A DNA stretch of 64,000 bases from Naegleria gruberi. Its lineage: Eukaryota. This document shows positions 32,204-45,137 of the stretch, piece after piece. The stretch is taken from the NCBI GenBank assembly GCA_000004985.1, contig GG738862.1; one strand, written 5' to 3'. Below the pieces are notes generated by a model. That model saw only the letters and a list, made by a program, of their open reading frames with translations, had not been told where the DNA came from and did no database searches. Numbering within the stretch: the stretch's first letter is position 1; every line of letters starts with the position of its first letter. A program made the position numbers and the translations under genes.

Positions 32204-33298
32204 TTACTTTTTGGAAGGTTTCTTCTTTCCTTTAGCCAAATCCTTAGCGAAACCAAATAATGATTCCAATTCTTTCATTTCCTTTTCAAGTTCATCTTCC
32301 ATATCCTTAAGAGATTTACCTTGTCCAAGAGTGGCTTTCAAATCACTTTCAAACTTTTGTAATTGTTCCTCAGAATCAACACCAAGAACTTGTTTCATCA
32401 TCTTTTTCATGGCTGGATTTTGGAAATCTTTCATAACTTCTTCAGGTGAAATATTCAAATCCATCTTACTGATATCATCCATTGATAGTTTAGTTGTTGT
32501 TGTTGAATTACTTGTTGATTTCTTTTGAGAATTATTAGCAACAGGTGTGGCAGTAGTAGAAGTAGAAGTAGTAGTAGTAGCAGATTTACCTGTTGGTTTG
32601 GCAGTGGATGGAGTCTTTTCAACCTTCTTTGATGCAGAGTTGACAGCAGCAGCTGCAGCAGCAGAAGCAAAATCACCTCCCTTTGTATCAGCTTGATTCT
32701 TAATAAAGTTGAAAATTTCAGGACTATCAAATTCATTCTTCAATGAATCCATATAATTTTGTCCAAATAATTTGTAAGCATTCTTATCTTCATAACTCAA
32801 ATCACCTTCATCTTCAATAAGTTGTTCATTCATTCCATTACCTCCTGTACCATTATCAAAAGAATTAATCATATCCTTATATTGATCCCATCTTCCAGAA
32901 AGTCCCAATTCTTTCAACATTTTATCCATTTCAACATCATCAATATCAACATCTTCATCTATTATGGATCCGAGTGGTTTGTTTCTAGTATTATTATTAT
33001 TATTATTTGAAGTAGTAGAAGTAGTAGTAGCCTTTGGTTTTCTTTCTTGTTTTGTCAAAATTTCTTCATCTTCTAACAAGGCTTGTAATTCTTCAAGTTC
33101 TTGTTCTTCCTTTGCTGCAGCAGATGATTTACTTTTATTGACGGAATTTAAAATCCTACTCATTTCTTCATCACTAACACCACCCTTCTTCTTGGCATAT
33201 TGAATAGATGAGACGGAGAAGATGGTACGATATTGTTGTTGTTGTTTTGTTGACAACTTTAGAGTTGTTCTTGAAAGTCTACGAAGGTTGCAAAGCAT
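32204..33298 (-). CDS. Hypothetical acidic/Ser-Thr-rich protein with an N-terminal presequence-like segment (possibly mitochondrial)
   Basis: MLCNLRRLSRTTLKLSTKQQQQYRTIFSVSS is basic and hydroxylated with no acidic residues. The rest is low complexity (E/K/T/S), and no domain is recognised. Confidence 0.3.
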   Translation of the reverse strand: MLCNLRRLSRTTLKLSTKQQQQYRTIFSVSSIQYAKKKGGVSDEEMSRILNSVNKSKSSAAAKEEQELEELQALLEDEEILTKQERKPKATTTSTTSNNNNNNTRNKPLGSIIDEDVDIDDVEMDKMLKELGLSGRWDQYKDMINSFDNGTGGNGMNEQLIEDEGDLSYEDKNAYKLFGQNYMDSLKNEFDSPEIFNFIKNQADTKGGDFASAAAAAAVNSASKKVEKTPSTAKPTGKSATTTTSTSTTATPVANNSQKKSTSNSTTTTKLSMDDISKMDLNISPEEVMKDFQNPAMKKMMKQVLGVDSEEQLQKFESDLKATLGQGKSLKDMEDELEKEMKELESLFGFAKDLAKGKKKPSKK

Positions 33299-34664
33299 TT
33301 TTTATATCATCAAATTGATTGAAAATTGTAGTTTATTATCATCAAATATCAATTTGATATTATTATTGTTATTATTTAATATTACTATTTAATATTTCAT
33401 TAATGGGTGGAGTGATGATGTGTTTAATTGATATAATTTTCTCTCTGGTAAATTTTTCTTATTCCGATTATCACTTGTTTTTCCTTTCTAATATATGTTG
33501 CCAAGCCTTGTTTTTATAAAAAGTCTTCTTCTATGAATAATTGTATCTTTCTGGGTGATTGGAAAAGGCCAAGTAGAGTAAAAAGAAGATTGGAATGGAC
33601 ATTCCTGCTCTTCTCATATGAATTCTGTTTAATTGAAAAAATCCAGTGATTGCATTCTTCTTTCCGATAAATCTCTTAAGACTAATACTCTTTGGCTTTT
33701 CTCCCATTTTTATTTAAAATTTGAAATAATTTTGTGATCGAAAATTTATGTGAAATAATTAAGAAGAATGATAATTAGAATTGGAATTTAAACATTCAAA
33801 TAATAAAAGCCAAGGTTCATACCAATTGAGGATAACTTGTGGATTTTGAAAGATTCACAATTATTAACCAGAACCAATAGAGAATCTTCTGAATTCTTCA
33901 ATCCATTCTCAGATGCATGGACATTGGTAGGCAGGTTTCAGTTGTGATTTGGAGTTGTTAGTAGTTATTTTTCAAGTAAAGTGAGGGTGTTATCGTTTAT
34001 GAAAGTTAAATTACTTAATTTAAGAAAAGCAATGCTATCTGTGTCCATCCTAGTTTGGATGAAGCTACACTAAAATGGGCGAATGTTATGCTTGGAAGTC
34101 TGTCTTTTTATGGATGGGATTGTTTCTGATTCAAACAATGTTATTAAGAATTTGGTAGAATGAGTGAAAAGAATATTGAAAGTAATTATGAAGTGTTGAG
34201 AGTTAATCTGTTTCAAATGCCTAACATTGTTTAAACAAACCTCCCCAATAAGGGTCCAAGATAATGTATACATCATCTTATAAGGTGTTTGTATTAATGT
34301 CTTATAAGGTCTTTTTATATATCGCCATTCAACGTTTTGGAGTGTAGCCCATATTTTCCTTAATTGAAATATGGCAGATATCTTTTTAATGAAGTATCAT
34401 GGTCGGTATTACATGTAATATCTCTATAGGTCTCCTTAATACAAGTTCATCAATAGATTTGTTTGGCTTCCCTTAGTTCCTTGACTATTCTTGGGAATCA
34501 AAGTAAATAAAAGTATACGTATTGTTTTACATGGTTGGGGATGAGCCTTTCTTTAGTGGTGATGAATCTGCAAAATCAGTTGTAGTAATCGAAAAGATGA
34601 GGATGTTTTTTTTCGCGCCAAAAAACTACAAATTGTTTTGAATTAGATTCAAAAATATAAAGAA

Positions 34665-35523
34665 ATGCCAAAGAAGAAGCCTTCATTTGATGACTCGGAT
34701 CATGAATCGGAAGAAGAAGTTGAAGAAGTAATTTCTAGGAATCATCCTGTAACAATATCAGATGATCAAATAATATCGGATTTATGGGAAGTTTTCAATT
34801 CGATAGATAAAAATCAGGATGGTGTTATAACGTTTATGGAATTAAAAATCATGCTTAAACGATTAAATCAATTTAGTTCGGATGCTGAAGTGCAGTCGAT
34901 GATTAAAAATGTAGCAGAGAGTAATGATTTGGTAGATTTTCAAAACTTTGTTCGTGTGTTTATGGATTCATATAGGGACAGTGTTTTGAACGGAAGTGAC
35001 GAAGAAATGGACCGAAAAGTGTTTGAAATATTCGATGTTAATAAGGACGGAATGATTGAGGTATGTTTTACTGAGTAATTCAAGTACTTTAAACCATCAA
35101 TGGTCATACATCTCTGTAAAACATGTTTACACTCTAAACCATAATGGAAAACTCATCTGATACAGATCGAAGTAAGTAATTCAAATCTGGAATCACCTCT
35201 CCTAAACCATATATGCAGGAAATCAAGGAAATTATTCACGAATATTGTATGGGAGATTTAGCTGAAGATTTTACAGAAGACCGTATCGTAGAGTAAGTTT
35301 CTTTAGATTTGGATTGTTAGAATTTCCTTATCCTAATAGCATGTTGCATTTACTGGACACTAATTTTGATGGTGTAATCGATTTTAAGGTATGTTCTACG
35401 AAAATTTCTTTAAGGAACCAAGAAAACCCGCTTCCCAAAATGTACTGTCTTTGCCCTCTTCTTGATCAACATTCTGTGTTGCAAACAGGAATTTCGCAAC
35501 CTCGCTAACAGCAAGTTGACCTA
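34665..35523 (+). CDS. EF-hand calcium-binding protein (calmodulin-like, four EF loops) with about five exons
   Basis: The EF loops are DKNQDGVITFMEL, DVNKDGMIE and DTNFDGVIDFK. The donors GTATGT (35073), GTAAGT (35169) and GTAAGT (35292) delimit small exons. Confidence 0.45.
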
Positions 35524-35638
35524 GTCACACTTTGTGTGATCACAACGCAATTCACTTCTCTTTGAAAACTCTTCCAATCACAACAAATAAACCAAAGTGA
35601 AAAAAACCTTCTATTGTAACTTAGTAACAAAATTAATC

Positions 35639-37145
35639 ATGTTGCATAAGCGAGTTAAGGATATTAGAAGTGAAGTTGGAGATACTTGTTTTCTTCCTTC
35701 TATTGGGCCATCTTCACCTGAAAATAACTCCTACCTCAAATCATCATCATCATCCTCTTCAGTTGTTGCACCAACATCATCATCCTATCATCACTCTGGT
35801 GCAATGAAATATCAATCCTATGAAATGATGAAGAATATCTTCTCAGTATTCGACAGAGATAATGATGGTTTTATTAGGTATGTTTCAATGTACTATTCAA
35901 TTTTATTAACACAAGCCTTATCATCTCCATGATCATCACTATTAAATCCTTGAAAAACATTTGAACATGTAAAACAGACATGCGGAATTAAGACTCTTTC
36001 TCAATGACCTTGGATACCATGTAACTATTGATGATGTCGACCAAATCATACGGAGTGCTGGCTCAAAAGGTTGCATTACCTTTGATGAATTCCTTGACTT
36101 GATGATGGTCGAACAAGAAGATGAACAAGAGGAACAAGAGGAAGCATTCTATTTTCCAGCCTCTAATAATCCATTCGAAGACCCATTCACAGTGGAGACT
36201 TCACCCACCAAAGTAATATCACCATCAAGAATTTCACCAACCAAACCTACCTCTCCTTCCACAACACAATTTCAAAGAACTCCACCTCGTAATATTCCAC
36301 CTCCTTCCTCACCCTCCTCCAGACACTCACCATCAAGTTATAATTCAAATACACTTTCTCCACCAAGCTTTTCACCTTCATCAAGAAGTGGTAATACCAC
36401 ACCTTCCTCTCCTAATCATCAACTTGCTCCAATTTCACCTCAATCTAATGCCTCTACAAGAAGTAGAGCAACTTCACTTTCACCTGCTTATGGTGCCTCT
36501 CCACCTAAAGTTAATTTTACTAAACGTGTGCTTAGTAAGAATAACTTGAAAGAAACAAAGGATGGATTTAGTTTGTTTGATGCTTTAAGGAAACGTATTC
36601 CAATTTTTAAACCATTCCAGGACTCACCAACACAAAATCTTAATACAAATACCACCTATATAAGACCTGTTGAGAATTTGAAATTGCCATCTCTTGATGC
36701 AAGGTCAAGAAGAAATAGTTCTCCTGTGGTTCCAGTCATTTTACAAAATCAACCAAGTAGTGGTGGATTTGTTGGTGTACCAAATTCTCCAAATACAAAT
36801 AATACTAGAAAAGTAAGAAAGGGTTATAGTCAAAATGCTGTTCAACATCTTCAAATGTCCACTTCTCTTTCATCTGGTATGGATTATATTCAAGAGAATA
36901 GTAAATCTACTCCAACTGATTATGGTACTGCTCACACAAGAGAAGAATTAAAGGATGCATTCTCTTTATTTGATACAAATGATGATGGAAAGGTTAGCAA
37001 GGCAGAAATGAGAAATGTAATGAAAAAGATTGGTCTATCAATGATCATGTCTGATGCTGAGCTTGATCAATTATTTGGCATGGTTGATAAAGATGGCGAA
37101 GGAAATATTGACTTTGATCAATTTGTGCAACTCTTCTTAATGTAA
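35639..37145 (+). CDS. EF-hand protein with an N-terminal EF pair, a long Ser/Pro-rich (SP/TP) linker and a C-terminal EF pair. It is multi-exon.
   Basis: N-terminal FSVFDRDNDGFIR|intron|...GSKGCITFDEFLDLMMVEQEDE. C-terminal FSLFDTNDDGKVSKAEMRNVMKKIG and VDKDGEGNIDFDQFVQLF. The linker SPSRISPTKPTSPST...SPSSRSGNTTPSSP is dense in S/T-P sites. Confidence 0.45.
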
Positions 37146-37164
37146 TTATAAATTTCTAAATTAT

Positions 37165-40087
37165 TTACTTTTTAAGTGTTGTTGTTGTTAGCTTGATCCA
37201 TTGATCTTTTCTACTCTTCTCAATATCTGATTGATATTTTGATTTCTCTTTAAAGAATTGCTCAATAGAGTTAACACTCTTTCCAAATGAATCTTGAATT
37301 TGAACGCCTTTTCTTATCCACTTTGAGAGTTTGTTTGTTAATCTCGATTGGTGATATCTCTTATCTAATAAAAGAACAGTTGCATAATCCTTACTATGTC
37401 TAATTGCTCTTCCAATTGATTGATTAACTCCATTCATACAAAGATTGTCTAAATATTCTCCCTTACTGACTTTGGTGGTTTTTTCAAAAAAGTTCTGTTG
37501 TTCTACCAATTCAGGATCGGTAGTATTTGGATAAGGCATTCCAACGACAATTATCAATCGACCATATCCATCTGAAAAGTTAATTCCCTCTGAAAGTTTA
37601 CCTCCCACAACACAACTCAAAACACTTCCATTATATCTCTGTAGACTACCACCACTACCACTGCTACTGCTACTGATGCTACTGATGCTGTTGTTGTTGT
37701 TTGTTGGAAGATACAGAATTTCCAAAATTATGATCAATAATCTTCTTATATTCCTGTAAGATTTTTTCCAATGATGAGTTGGGTTCCTCATTGGTGCTTG
37801 CCTCTCTCAAGAATTTCTTTTTCTTTTCTATTTGGCCAATTATACCATTATTCTTCCAGTATTCGAATACTGTCTTCTCATATTGGTAGCTAGGGAAGAA
37901 CAGTACAACACCATCAGGAACAATATTACACAAGTTCACTATCATTTTACCCAAACTTTTTGTTAGGGCATCATTCTTTTGTCTGTTTTTAAAGGTGAAA
38001 TCTAATACAATATCGTCGACACCTTTGGAAAGGGCGATCGGTAAGAAATGATTTTGGGGAACAATGTGCTTATCACATTGATAAATGTGAATTTTGGAAG
38101 ATTCTGTTTTGGGAAATACTTGTTGTATTAATTGTTGTATTGGTTCCATAGTTCCTCCAGTTAAAATTACTGATCTAGCTTCTTTTAAAATAGATTGAAA
38201 GTATACACTAGGATTAAGGAGAAGGAATTTAATCTTTTGTTGTGGTCGAACAAAAACTCTTCCATCCTTATCAACATTCATTAAGGCCAACAGTAGTGAG
38301 ACAAAATTATTTACAGCAATATTACTTGTTGCTGGTGTGATAATTTTAGATACATCTATTGAGGGTTTTGTTGCATTGTATTGTACATAGTTTGCAGAGT
38401 AATTGTTTCTCTTCACTGTCTTGTTATTGTGAATGGTAACAGTTTGATTATTAGAGTCTTGTCTTTCCATGAACATGTTCAACTTTTTAGTTAAATCTGA
38501 CTTTTCTATAAATTCTGCAATATCAAATAAATTAATATTATCTAATTTAGTCTCAAAAACGAGATCAGTAATGGAAACAATAAATCCACCAATATCATTA
38601 GAACCAGTTCCTTCATCTGCAATAATATTAAGAGTAGATGGTTTCTTTACAGTATTAAGATAGGTTATCATATTGTTAATAATTGTTAATAGTCTGTTAA
38701 TATTTGTTTGATTGGTACTTGAAAGTCTATTCTTGAATTTAGTATAATAACTATTAAGTGTCTCATTAACTAAATAAAGTTGAGTAATGTCCAATTCGAC
38801 AGAATGCATTTGATGGATAGCATTAATCAAATTGTGAGCTTCATCAATAATTACAACACAATCCTTCAATGTTGAGATACCAAGTGATTTTCTAGTTTGT
38901 TCATGAATAAGTGAATTGTAAGGCATGCAAATTAACTCTGATATAGGAAGTGCCTTTCTTGTTCCAAAATAAGAACAAATTTTCAATCTCTTTCCCAAAT
39001 CCAATAAATCCTCAATATCATGTACCTTAACAGTCATGTGATCTTTAAATAGTGAGGGATCATTATCATAAGAACATGCCTTTTTATCTCTCAAATATTG
39101 ACATTTCTCATTGATTGCATTGAGAGAATTTTGAATATTTCCATTCTTTGTTTTTCTATAGAGCACATCTTCGTTATTACATAAAACTTGTCTCGAGGCA
39201 ATATTAGAAACTCTAACCTTCTTTGAAAATTCAGTCTTTCTCAATTCCTGAACAAATTGATTCAATTGAGAATGTGTTCTACTGCAATATATAATTTTAG
39301 GTGTTTCAAAATTATCCTCCTCAACTGCTTTCTTTTGACCATAACTTGTGGAAAAGATTGGTCTTTCATCATCACTATCATCTTCATCATATAAATCCTT
39401 TAATAATTCATTATTAATTCCAATCTTATCTAGAACATCCACTTCATTCAATAATAAATCATCATCACTCTCCTTTAGAATGGTATCTGCAAGAAATTGT
39501 TGTCTCCTCTCATCATACTTTTGAACATTCTTCTTACTCTTTTCCAATCGTTCCTTTCTTTCCAATTCTTCTTCATCCTTTTGTCTTTTTAATGTTTGTT
39601 CAGTGACCCATGAAGGTTCTTCATCATCATTATCACTATTCAATTTTCTCTTTAAACAAGTTGAGTTTACATAATGATGTTGATGTTGATCATTATTTTC
39701 ATTACTAATTCCATCTCTTTCTGCATAATGAGCATAGAGCCATGACAAGGCTCCACAAATTAAACTCAATGATTTACCACTTCCTGTTGGAGATTCGAAT
39801 ATTCCTACCTTGCCACTTTGGATAGTATCAAATAATTGTTCCATATATTGTTGTTGGATATCATATGGTTTTTCATAGGGAAAGGAAAAGTTTCTTTTTG
39901 GTTTGTTGGTGGAGTTTATTGTGGAGGATGAGGTTGATGGTGGATTTTTACTTGTCACATTATGTGATGATGATTGTTGCTGTTGTGAGGGAAAGGTTTT
40001 TCGTGTTGTGGTGGACATTTTTTTTAATGGTGAAAAAAACGATATATTTTGGCGGGAACGTTTTATTCTTCTCTTGAATGGAAGCAA
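37165..40087 (-). CDS. DDX11: DDX11/ChlR1 (Chl1) family DNA helicase, Rad3/XPD superfamily. Exons are 37715..40087 and 37165..37638, with a 76-nt intron.
   Basis: [49 protein letters not shown] compares with human DDX11 [48 protein letters not shown]. The DEAH box is [10 protein letters not shown]. The C-terminus [14 protein letters not shown]...GMPYP...[24 protein letters not shown] matches. The intron GTATCT...CTACAG lies inside a Ser-codon repeat. Confidence 0.8.
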
Positions 40088-40362
40088 TCTTTACAAAATA
40101 TTAAATTACTTTAAACTGATTGAAGATAATCGTGATGATCGTATCATCCACGTGTTCAATTAATGAAAATCAATGCCAAATTCTTTCAATTTGAATATTA
40201 ATAGTTTAAAAAAATTGAATCATTATACTTCCGATAAGAAAGAGACTATTTGGACGTTTTTAAATTAGATTGGAACATTCAAGTAAATAGCGGTTAAAAA
40301 CTTTCTAGTAATATTAATTAACAGCATCATCTCACCATCACCATCACCATCATCACATCATC

Positions 40363-41292
40363 ATGGTAATAGCAAGAAGAGATGCTTTTGCAGGAGCTTG
40401 GTATCAAGATGATAAAGAGGCACTCTCTCATGAATTGAATGATTATTTGGAGAAGGCTTCATCAACAAGTAGCACTTCAATTCATCACGGAAAGAAGGTA
40501 AAAGCCATCATTTCTCCTCATGCTGGTTATCGTTATTCAGCTCCTACATCAGCACATGGATACAGTTGTGTATTGAATTCATCAAATTATGATAAGATTA
40601 GAACAGTGTTTGTTTTGGGACCTTGTCATAGACTTTACTTGGATGATCAATGTGTATTGTCAAAATGTGATCAGTGTAATACTCCACTTGGTGCATTGAA
40701 AGTTAACAAGAGTATTCAAAGTGAATTAGTAAGCAAGTATTCAGATTTATTTGGATATTTGAAAGATAAGAAGAATGAAGAGGATGAACATTCATTGGAA
40801 TTACAATTTCCTTTTATTGCATATTTATTTAGAGAAAAATTGAATCAGATTCAAATTGTACCAATCATGGTTGGTGATTTATCAAGTGAATCAATTAGTA
40901 GAATGGCTGAATCTTTGACACCTTATTTAGATAGTGAGGAATCATTATTTGTAATTAGTAGTGATTTCTGTCATTGGGGGAAGAGATTTAGTTATCAATA
41001 TGTTATTAATAAGGATATTTCTCTTTCAAAGTCAATTCAACAATTAGACATGTTGGGAGTTTCTAAAATTACTGAACACTCCAAAAATCCAGAAGAATTC
41101 TACAATTACATGAAAAAGTACAAGAATACAATTTGTGGAAAGAATCCAATTCTTGTCATGTTGAATGCACTACAGAAATCTAATAATTGGAAGAACCATG
41201 AATCATTATTCTTAAATTATAGTCAATCAAGTGCTGCTAAATCAATGGAAGATAGTAGTGTTAGTTATGTATCTATTGCTATCCTACAATAA
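40363..41292 (+). CDS. MEMO1: MEMO1 (AmmeMemoRadiSam/Memo family) protein
   Basis: AGAWYQDDKEALSHELNDYL...AIISPHAGYRYSAPTSAHGY...VFVLGPCH is the characteristic Memo N-terminal motif set. It is a single exon. Confidence 0.8.
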   Translation: MVIARRDAFAGAWYQDDKEALSHELNDYLEKASSTSSTSIHHGKKVKAIISPHAGYRYSAPTSAHGYSCVLNSSNYDKIRTVFVLGPCHRLYLDDQCVLSKCDQCNTPLGALKVNKSIQSELVSKYSDLFGYLKDKKNEEDEHSLELQFPFIAYLFREKLNQIQIVPIMVGDLSSESISRMAESLTPYLDSEESLFVISSDFCHWGKRFSYQYVINKDISLSKSIQQLDMLGVSKITEHSKNPEEFYNYMKKYKNTICGKNPILVMLNALQKSNNWKNHESLFLNYSQSSAAKSMEDSSVSYVSIAILQ

Positions 41293-41485
41293 TTTGTATT
41301 ATAACAAAATCATAATAATATATGGTCAACTTGTAAATATATCTAACTTTGTGATAAAAATAAAATCGTAATTTTTTCCCGCCAAATTTTTGAGCAAACT
41401 TTAAAAAAAACAAAATAACACAAACCTAGGTTATCTATACCTTTATCCCTGAACATTTCCTATTACTAGCACAACCAAGGAAACA

Positions 41486-44400
41486 ATGGAAACAAACGAT
41501 ACAACCCAAGAGGAAGTAGAATATATTGATGAGGCACAATTAAAAAAGAAAAGGAAATCATTAAAGCCCAAAACAAAATCAAGACCAACAAGTGAAGAAT
41601 ATGTTGAATACAAACGTTCCCTTACGGATAGACATTCATCACCAAATGTACATTACTATCCGCCACCACCTCACATGCAATACTATCCGCCACCTCCTCA
41701 ACATGTCTCTTATGGTGGTTATCCACCTCACTACTCAAATCCACCACCAGTCAATTATCAATATAACAATGCAGTACCTCAACCAGCATCAACATATTCA
41801 TCAGATGGTGACTACAGCTACGATCAAAACAATGGAAAATTTTATTTCAAACCAAGAAGAGAAACCTTGAATTGGAGAGTTTTACTTTCTTTAAACTTGG
41901 AGAAAATTATGGATAAAGTTGATATTGACACTTTGGAAAGTATTACAAAGAATTTAACCTTTGCGAGAGTTGACTTTAATGATTTACGATATTTCAATGA
42001 AACGAATTTTGTTCAAGTATTCAGACTATCTCAATTAATAATTGAGTATTTGCTGTACGTTCAGAACTATTTATCGGTGAAGAAGTAAGTATTTAATAGA
42101 CAGAATCACCTAACAATACAAAGAAAAGAAGTAGAGTCAAATGTAAAAACAATTATAGGTGACTCGGAAGAATATAAATCTAATCTGGCCAAAAAAACAG
42201 AGGAGATTAACTATTTGAAAAAAGAGCTAAAGAGAAAAAAGAAAGCATTATATGCTTATGAATGCGTATTTGGTGCTAATCCTGAAAAGGCAAAAATATT
42301 ATTAATGTCACAAAACCAACCACAACCTCAACCTCAGCAAGTTGTTGTGACATCAAGCTCAAGATCTGATAAAGAAGAAACATTTGGAGAATTGAGAGGT
42401 GAAATTAGAAGGCTTCAAGAAAATCTTTTTTCTCAACTTGAAGATACCATAGAGAAGAAACAAAAATTATTGGAAAAAGAAAATCAAAAGAGATTAGATC
42501 AATTCCAGAAAGAATTTGAAAAATTCACGGACAGCTGTAAATATCAACAGGATAATCTCTATTCAGCATTGAGTAAATCAATATCTAAGTACTCAGAAGA
42601 AGGTAGCAATGGATCAGGAAACTCTCCGGATGACTTTATGAAATTTTCTTCACATCTCCAAAACTTGATACAGCAAAATAACCAATTATTGATGAGCTCA
42701 TTTGACAGGAAGATGAATGATTTATCAGCTTCAGCCAAGCAAACAACTCAGGTAGATAACAGTGCCGAACTGAACGAAATGAGAAGGAAGTTAGATGATA
42801 TAATGAGAAATGTTAACAAAAAACCAGAGCCAATAGTTGAGACTGTTGTTCGAAAAGTTGTGAAGAAAGAACCTCCAAAAGAAGAAATTGTTACTGTAGT
42901 TAAGGCTAAGCCAAAAGAGCCTCCAAAACCTGAACCTAAACCAGAACCAAAAGTTGATCCTCCAAGACCAAAGACCCCTGTTGTTGTAAAACCAAAACCT
43001 GAACCAGAGCCAGTAGTAGAACGACCAAAAACTCCAGTGATGGCTAGACCTAAACCAGTGGAAAAACCAGTTCAACGAGTTGAAACTCCTCCAAGAGTTA
43101 AAACACCACCTCCACCTAAGCCACAAACACCAGAACAAGAAAGTTTTATTTCTGAAACAACAACTGATAGCTCAGATTACTCTTCAACAGACACAAGCAT
43201 GACTTCGGATAATTCAAATCTAGGATTACGAGAACGTATCTACAAAGAATTGAAATTAGGAAAGATTTTTGATGAGCTTGATGAATCAATTGCATATCAA
43301 CACTATGAAGATAAACCTTGGTTGAAAGCAAAGTACAAGCAAAATCCAAAATTTGTCAAAGTGCAAAACTCTGAAACAGACCAAGTATTTGATCACGAGA
43401 TGAGAACATTGGGGGTGGATCCTAGCCAATCAGGAATAACTGAGAATGAGTATTTGAGAGGTTTACAGGTACTCCAAAAATCCAGAGGAAATACTGTAAA
43501 TAACAACCCGGATCACCTGGTCATTATGAACGCATTAAGAGAACAAGTTGACAAGATTGCTTTGGATAGATTAAATGGTGATTCCCAGCAAGGTAATAGA
43601 GTTTCTTTCTCCCATGATCCTACACTCAACGATTTTATTAACAAATTACAAAAAATTAATGACTATGATGCTATTAGGAGAGTAAACCCAACAGAAAATC
43701 AACAAGAATCTCCAAGACGAAGAAAGAGCAATGCTGAATCACCGAGAAGAAGAATAAGTAATGCTGAATCGCCCAGACGAAAGTTTAGCAATGCAGACGA
43801 GGACCCAGCCAATGATATTCCAAAAGTTAAAATCCCTGAAAAACCAGAACCAAAGATGAAAGCTATTACAATTGCCCTTGAGGCTCAAGCTAAAAAAATG
43901 GAAATGGATGCAAAGAAAACCGTAAAGAATCCAGAAGACAATCAACCCCGAGTTGAAACTAAGAAACCATCAGAGCAAATGAATACTCTCAAATCAACAA
44001 TGAATGATACAAAACAATCAAACACATTACAATCCACTTTGAAGAGCGACAGAAGCTTGAATAACACCAAAATTATTGAGGCAGAATTTGATGATGTGAC
44101 TGCTGATGAGCATGATGAGGGATCTACTATGTATGAGGTTGTTGGTGCTCAGGGAGGAAACGGAGGAGGCGGAGGTGAAGAAAGTGAATATTCGACTGAG
44201 TATGAAACTGAAACCGAAGATATAGAACCTCCAAGACAAGTTGCTCAATCTGTTTCAAAGCCAACCAATCAAGTCGTAGAAGAGGAAGATAATGACCACG
44301 ATGATGATTATGAGGAAATAGAGGAGGAAGAAGAGGAAGTACCAAAACCTAGTAGTCAGAATCTCATTCAAACTTTCGTTGCTCCTGAGTCAGATGAAGA

Positions 44401-44848
44401 AATTCCACCAAAACAAAATGTAAATACTAAGAGTGAATCCAATGTAAAGAAACAAATGGAATTGGAATCAGAAAGCGAAGAAGAACATGCTGTTGTAAGG
44501 GTTGTGAGCAAAGTCTCGAAGGTTAAAATTGAAAGTAGTGATGATAGCGATGAAGAGTTAAGTAGAGGTGGAAACCTTTCGAACCAAGCTTTGGGAAATA
44601 AGTTCAAGAGCTTGAACAATATGTGGGATGGAATGAATAATAAGAAACGACCAAGTAAGCTTGACAATATTAATAGAAACAATGACAGTAGCATTGATTT
44701 GCCAGGTTCTGATGACTTTGACATTTCAGCATTTAAGCAAAATCTTACTCCAAACTCAAGACCAGGAACTGCCTACTCGAGTGACATTTCTGGATTCATA
44801 AAGACTCTAAAGCATGATGACGATGATCTTGATACTGAAGAGTTGTAA
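41486..44848 (+). CDS. Dzip1-like N-domain protein (ciliary/basal-body zinc-finger protein DZIP1/Iguana-like) with a long coiled-coil, Pro/Glu-rich C-terminal region. The two same-frame ORFs 41486..42088 and 42089..44848 are probably joined by a 39-nt intron at 42085..42123.
   Basis: FYFKPRRETLNWRVLLSLNLEKIMDKVDIDTLESITKNLTFARVDF...VFRLSQLIIEYLLYVQNYL matches the Dzip-like N pattern F.F.PRRE..WR...D...TL...N.TF...LAQLIIEYLLH.Q. The single in-frame TAA sits inside aa|GTAAGT...acaaAG. Both ORFs share frame, and the downstream frame is open back to the stop. Confidence 0.4.
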
Positions 44849-45137
44849 TAAAATTAAAAATTAAAAAAAATGTCTTGGAATGATGTGATAGCAACCTCAT
44901 CAACTCTTCTTTCAAAGTATTTGGAATTATTTGAAAAGGCTCGGAATTATATAGGAACATTAGAATTTGATAAACTTATTAATAATGAATTTTTATGGCC
45001 CAACCAATTTGAGACTAATTTATTAATTGTTGAAGTTATTGTAATTATAATGCTAATAGTAATGATTGTTATTGCATGGAGATACTATCAGCAATATATT
45101 CAACAATTAGTAATGGATGATAATTAAATTTTTTGAT

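Noticed and set aside
42085-42099. 15-nt in-frame GTAAGTATTTAATAG as a micro-intron
   Set aside because: It is far shorter than every homology-validated intron in this window (39-153 nt). The 39-nt alternative using the same donor is more plausible.
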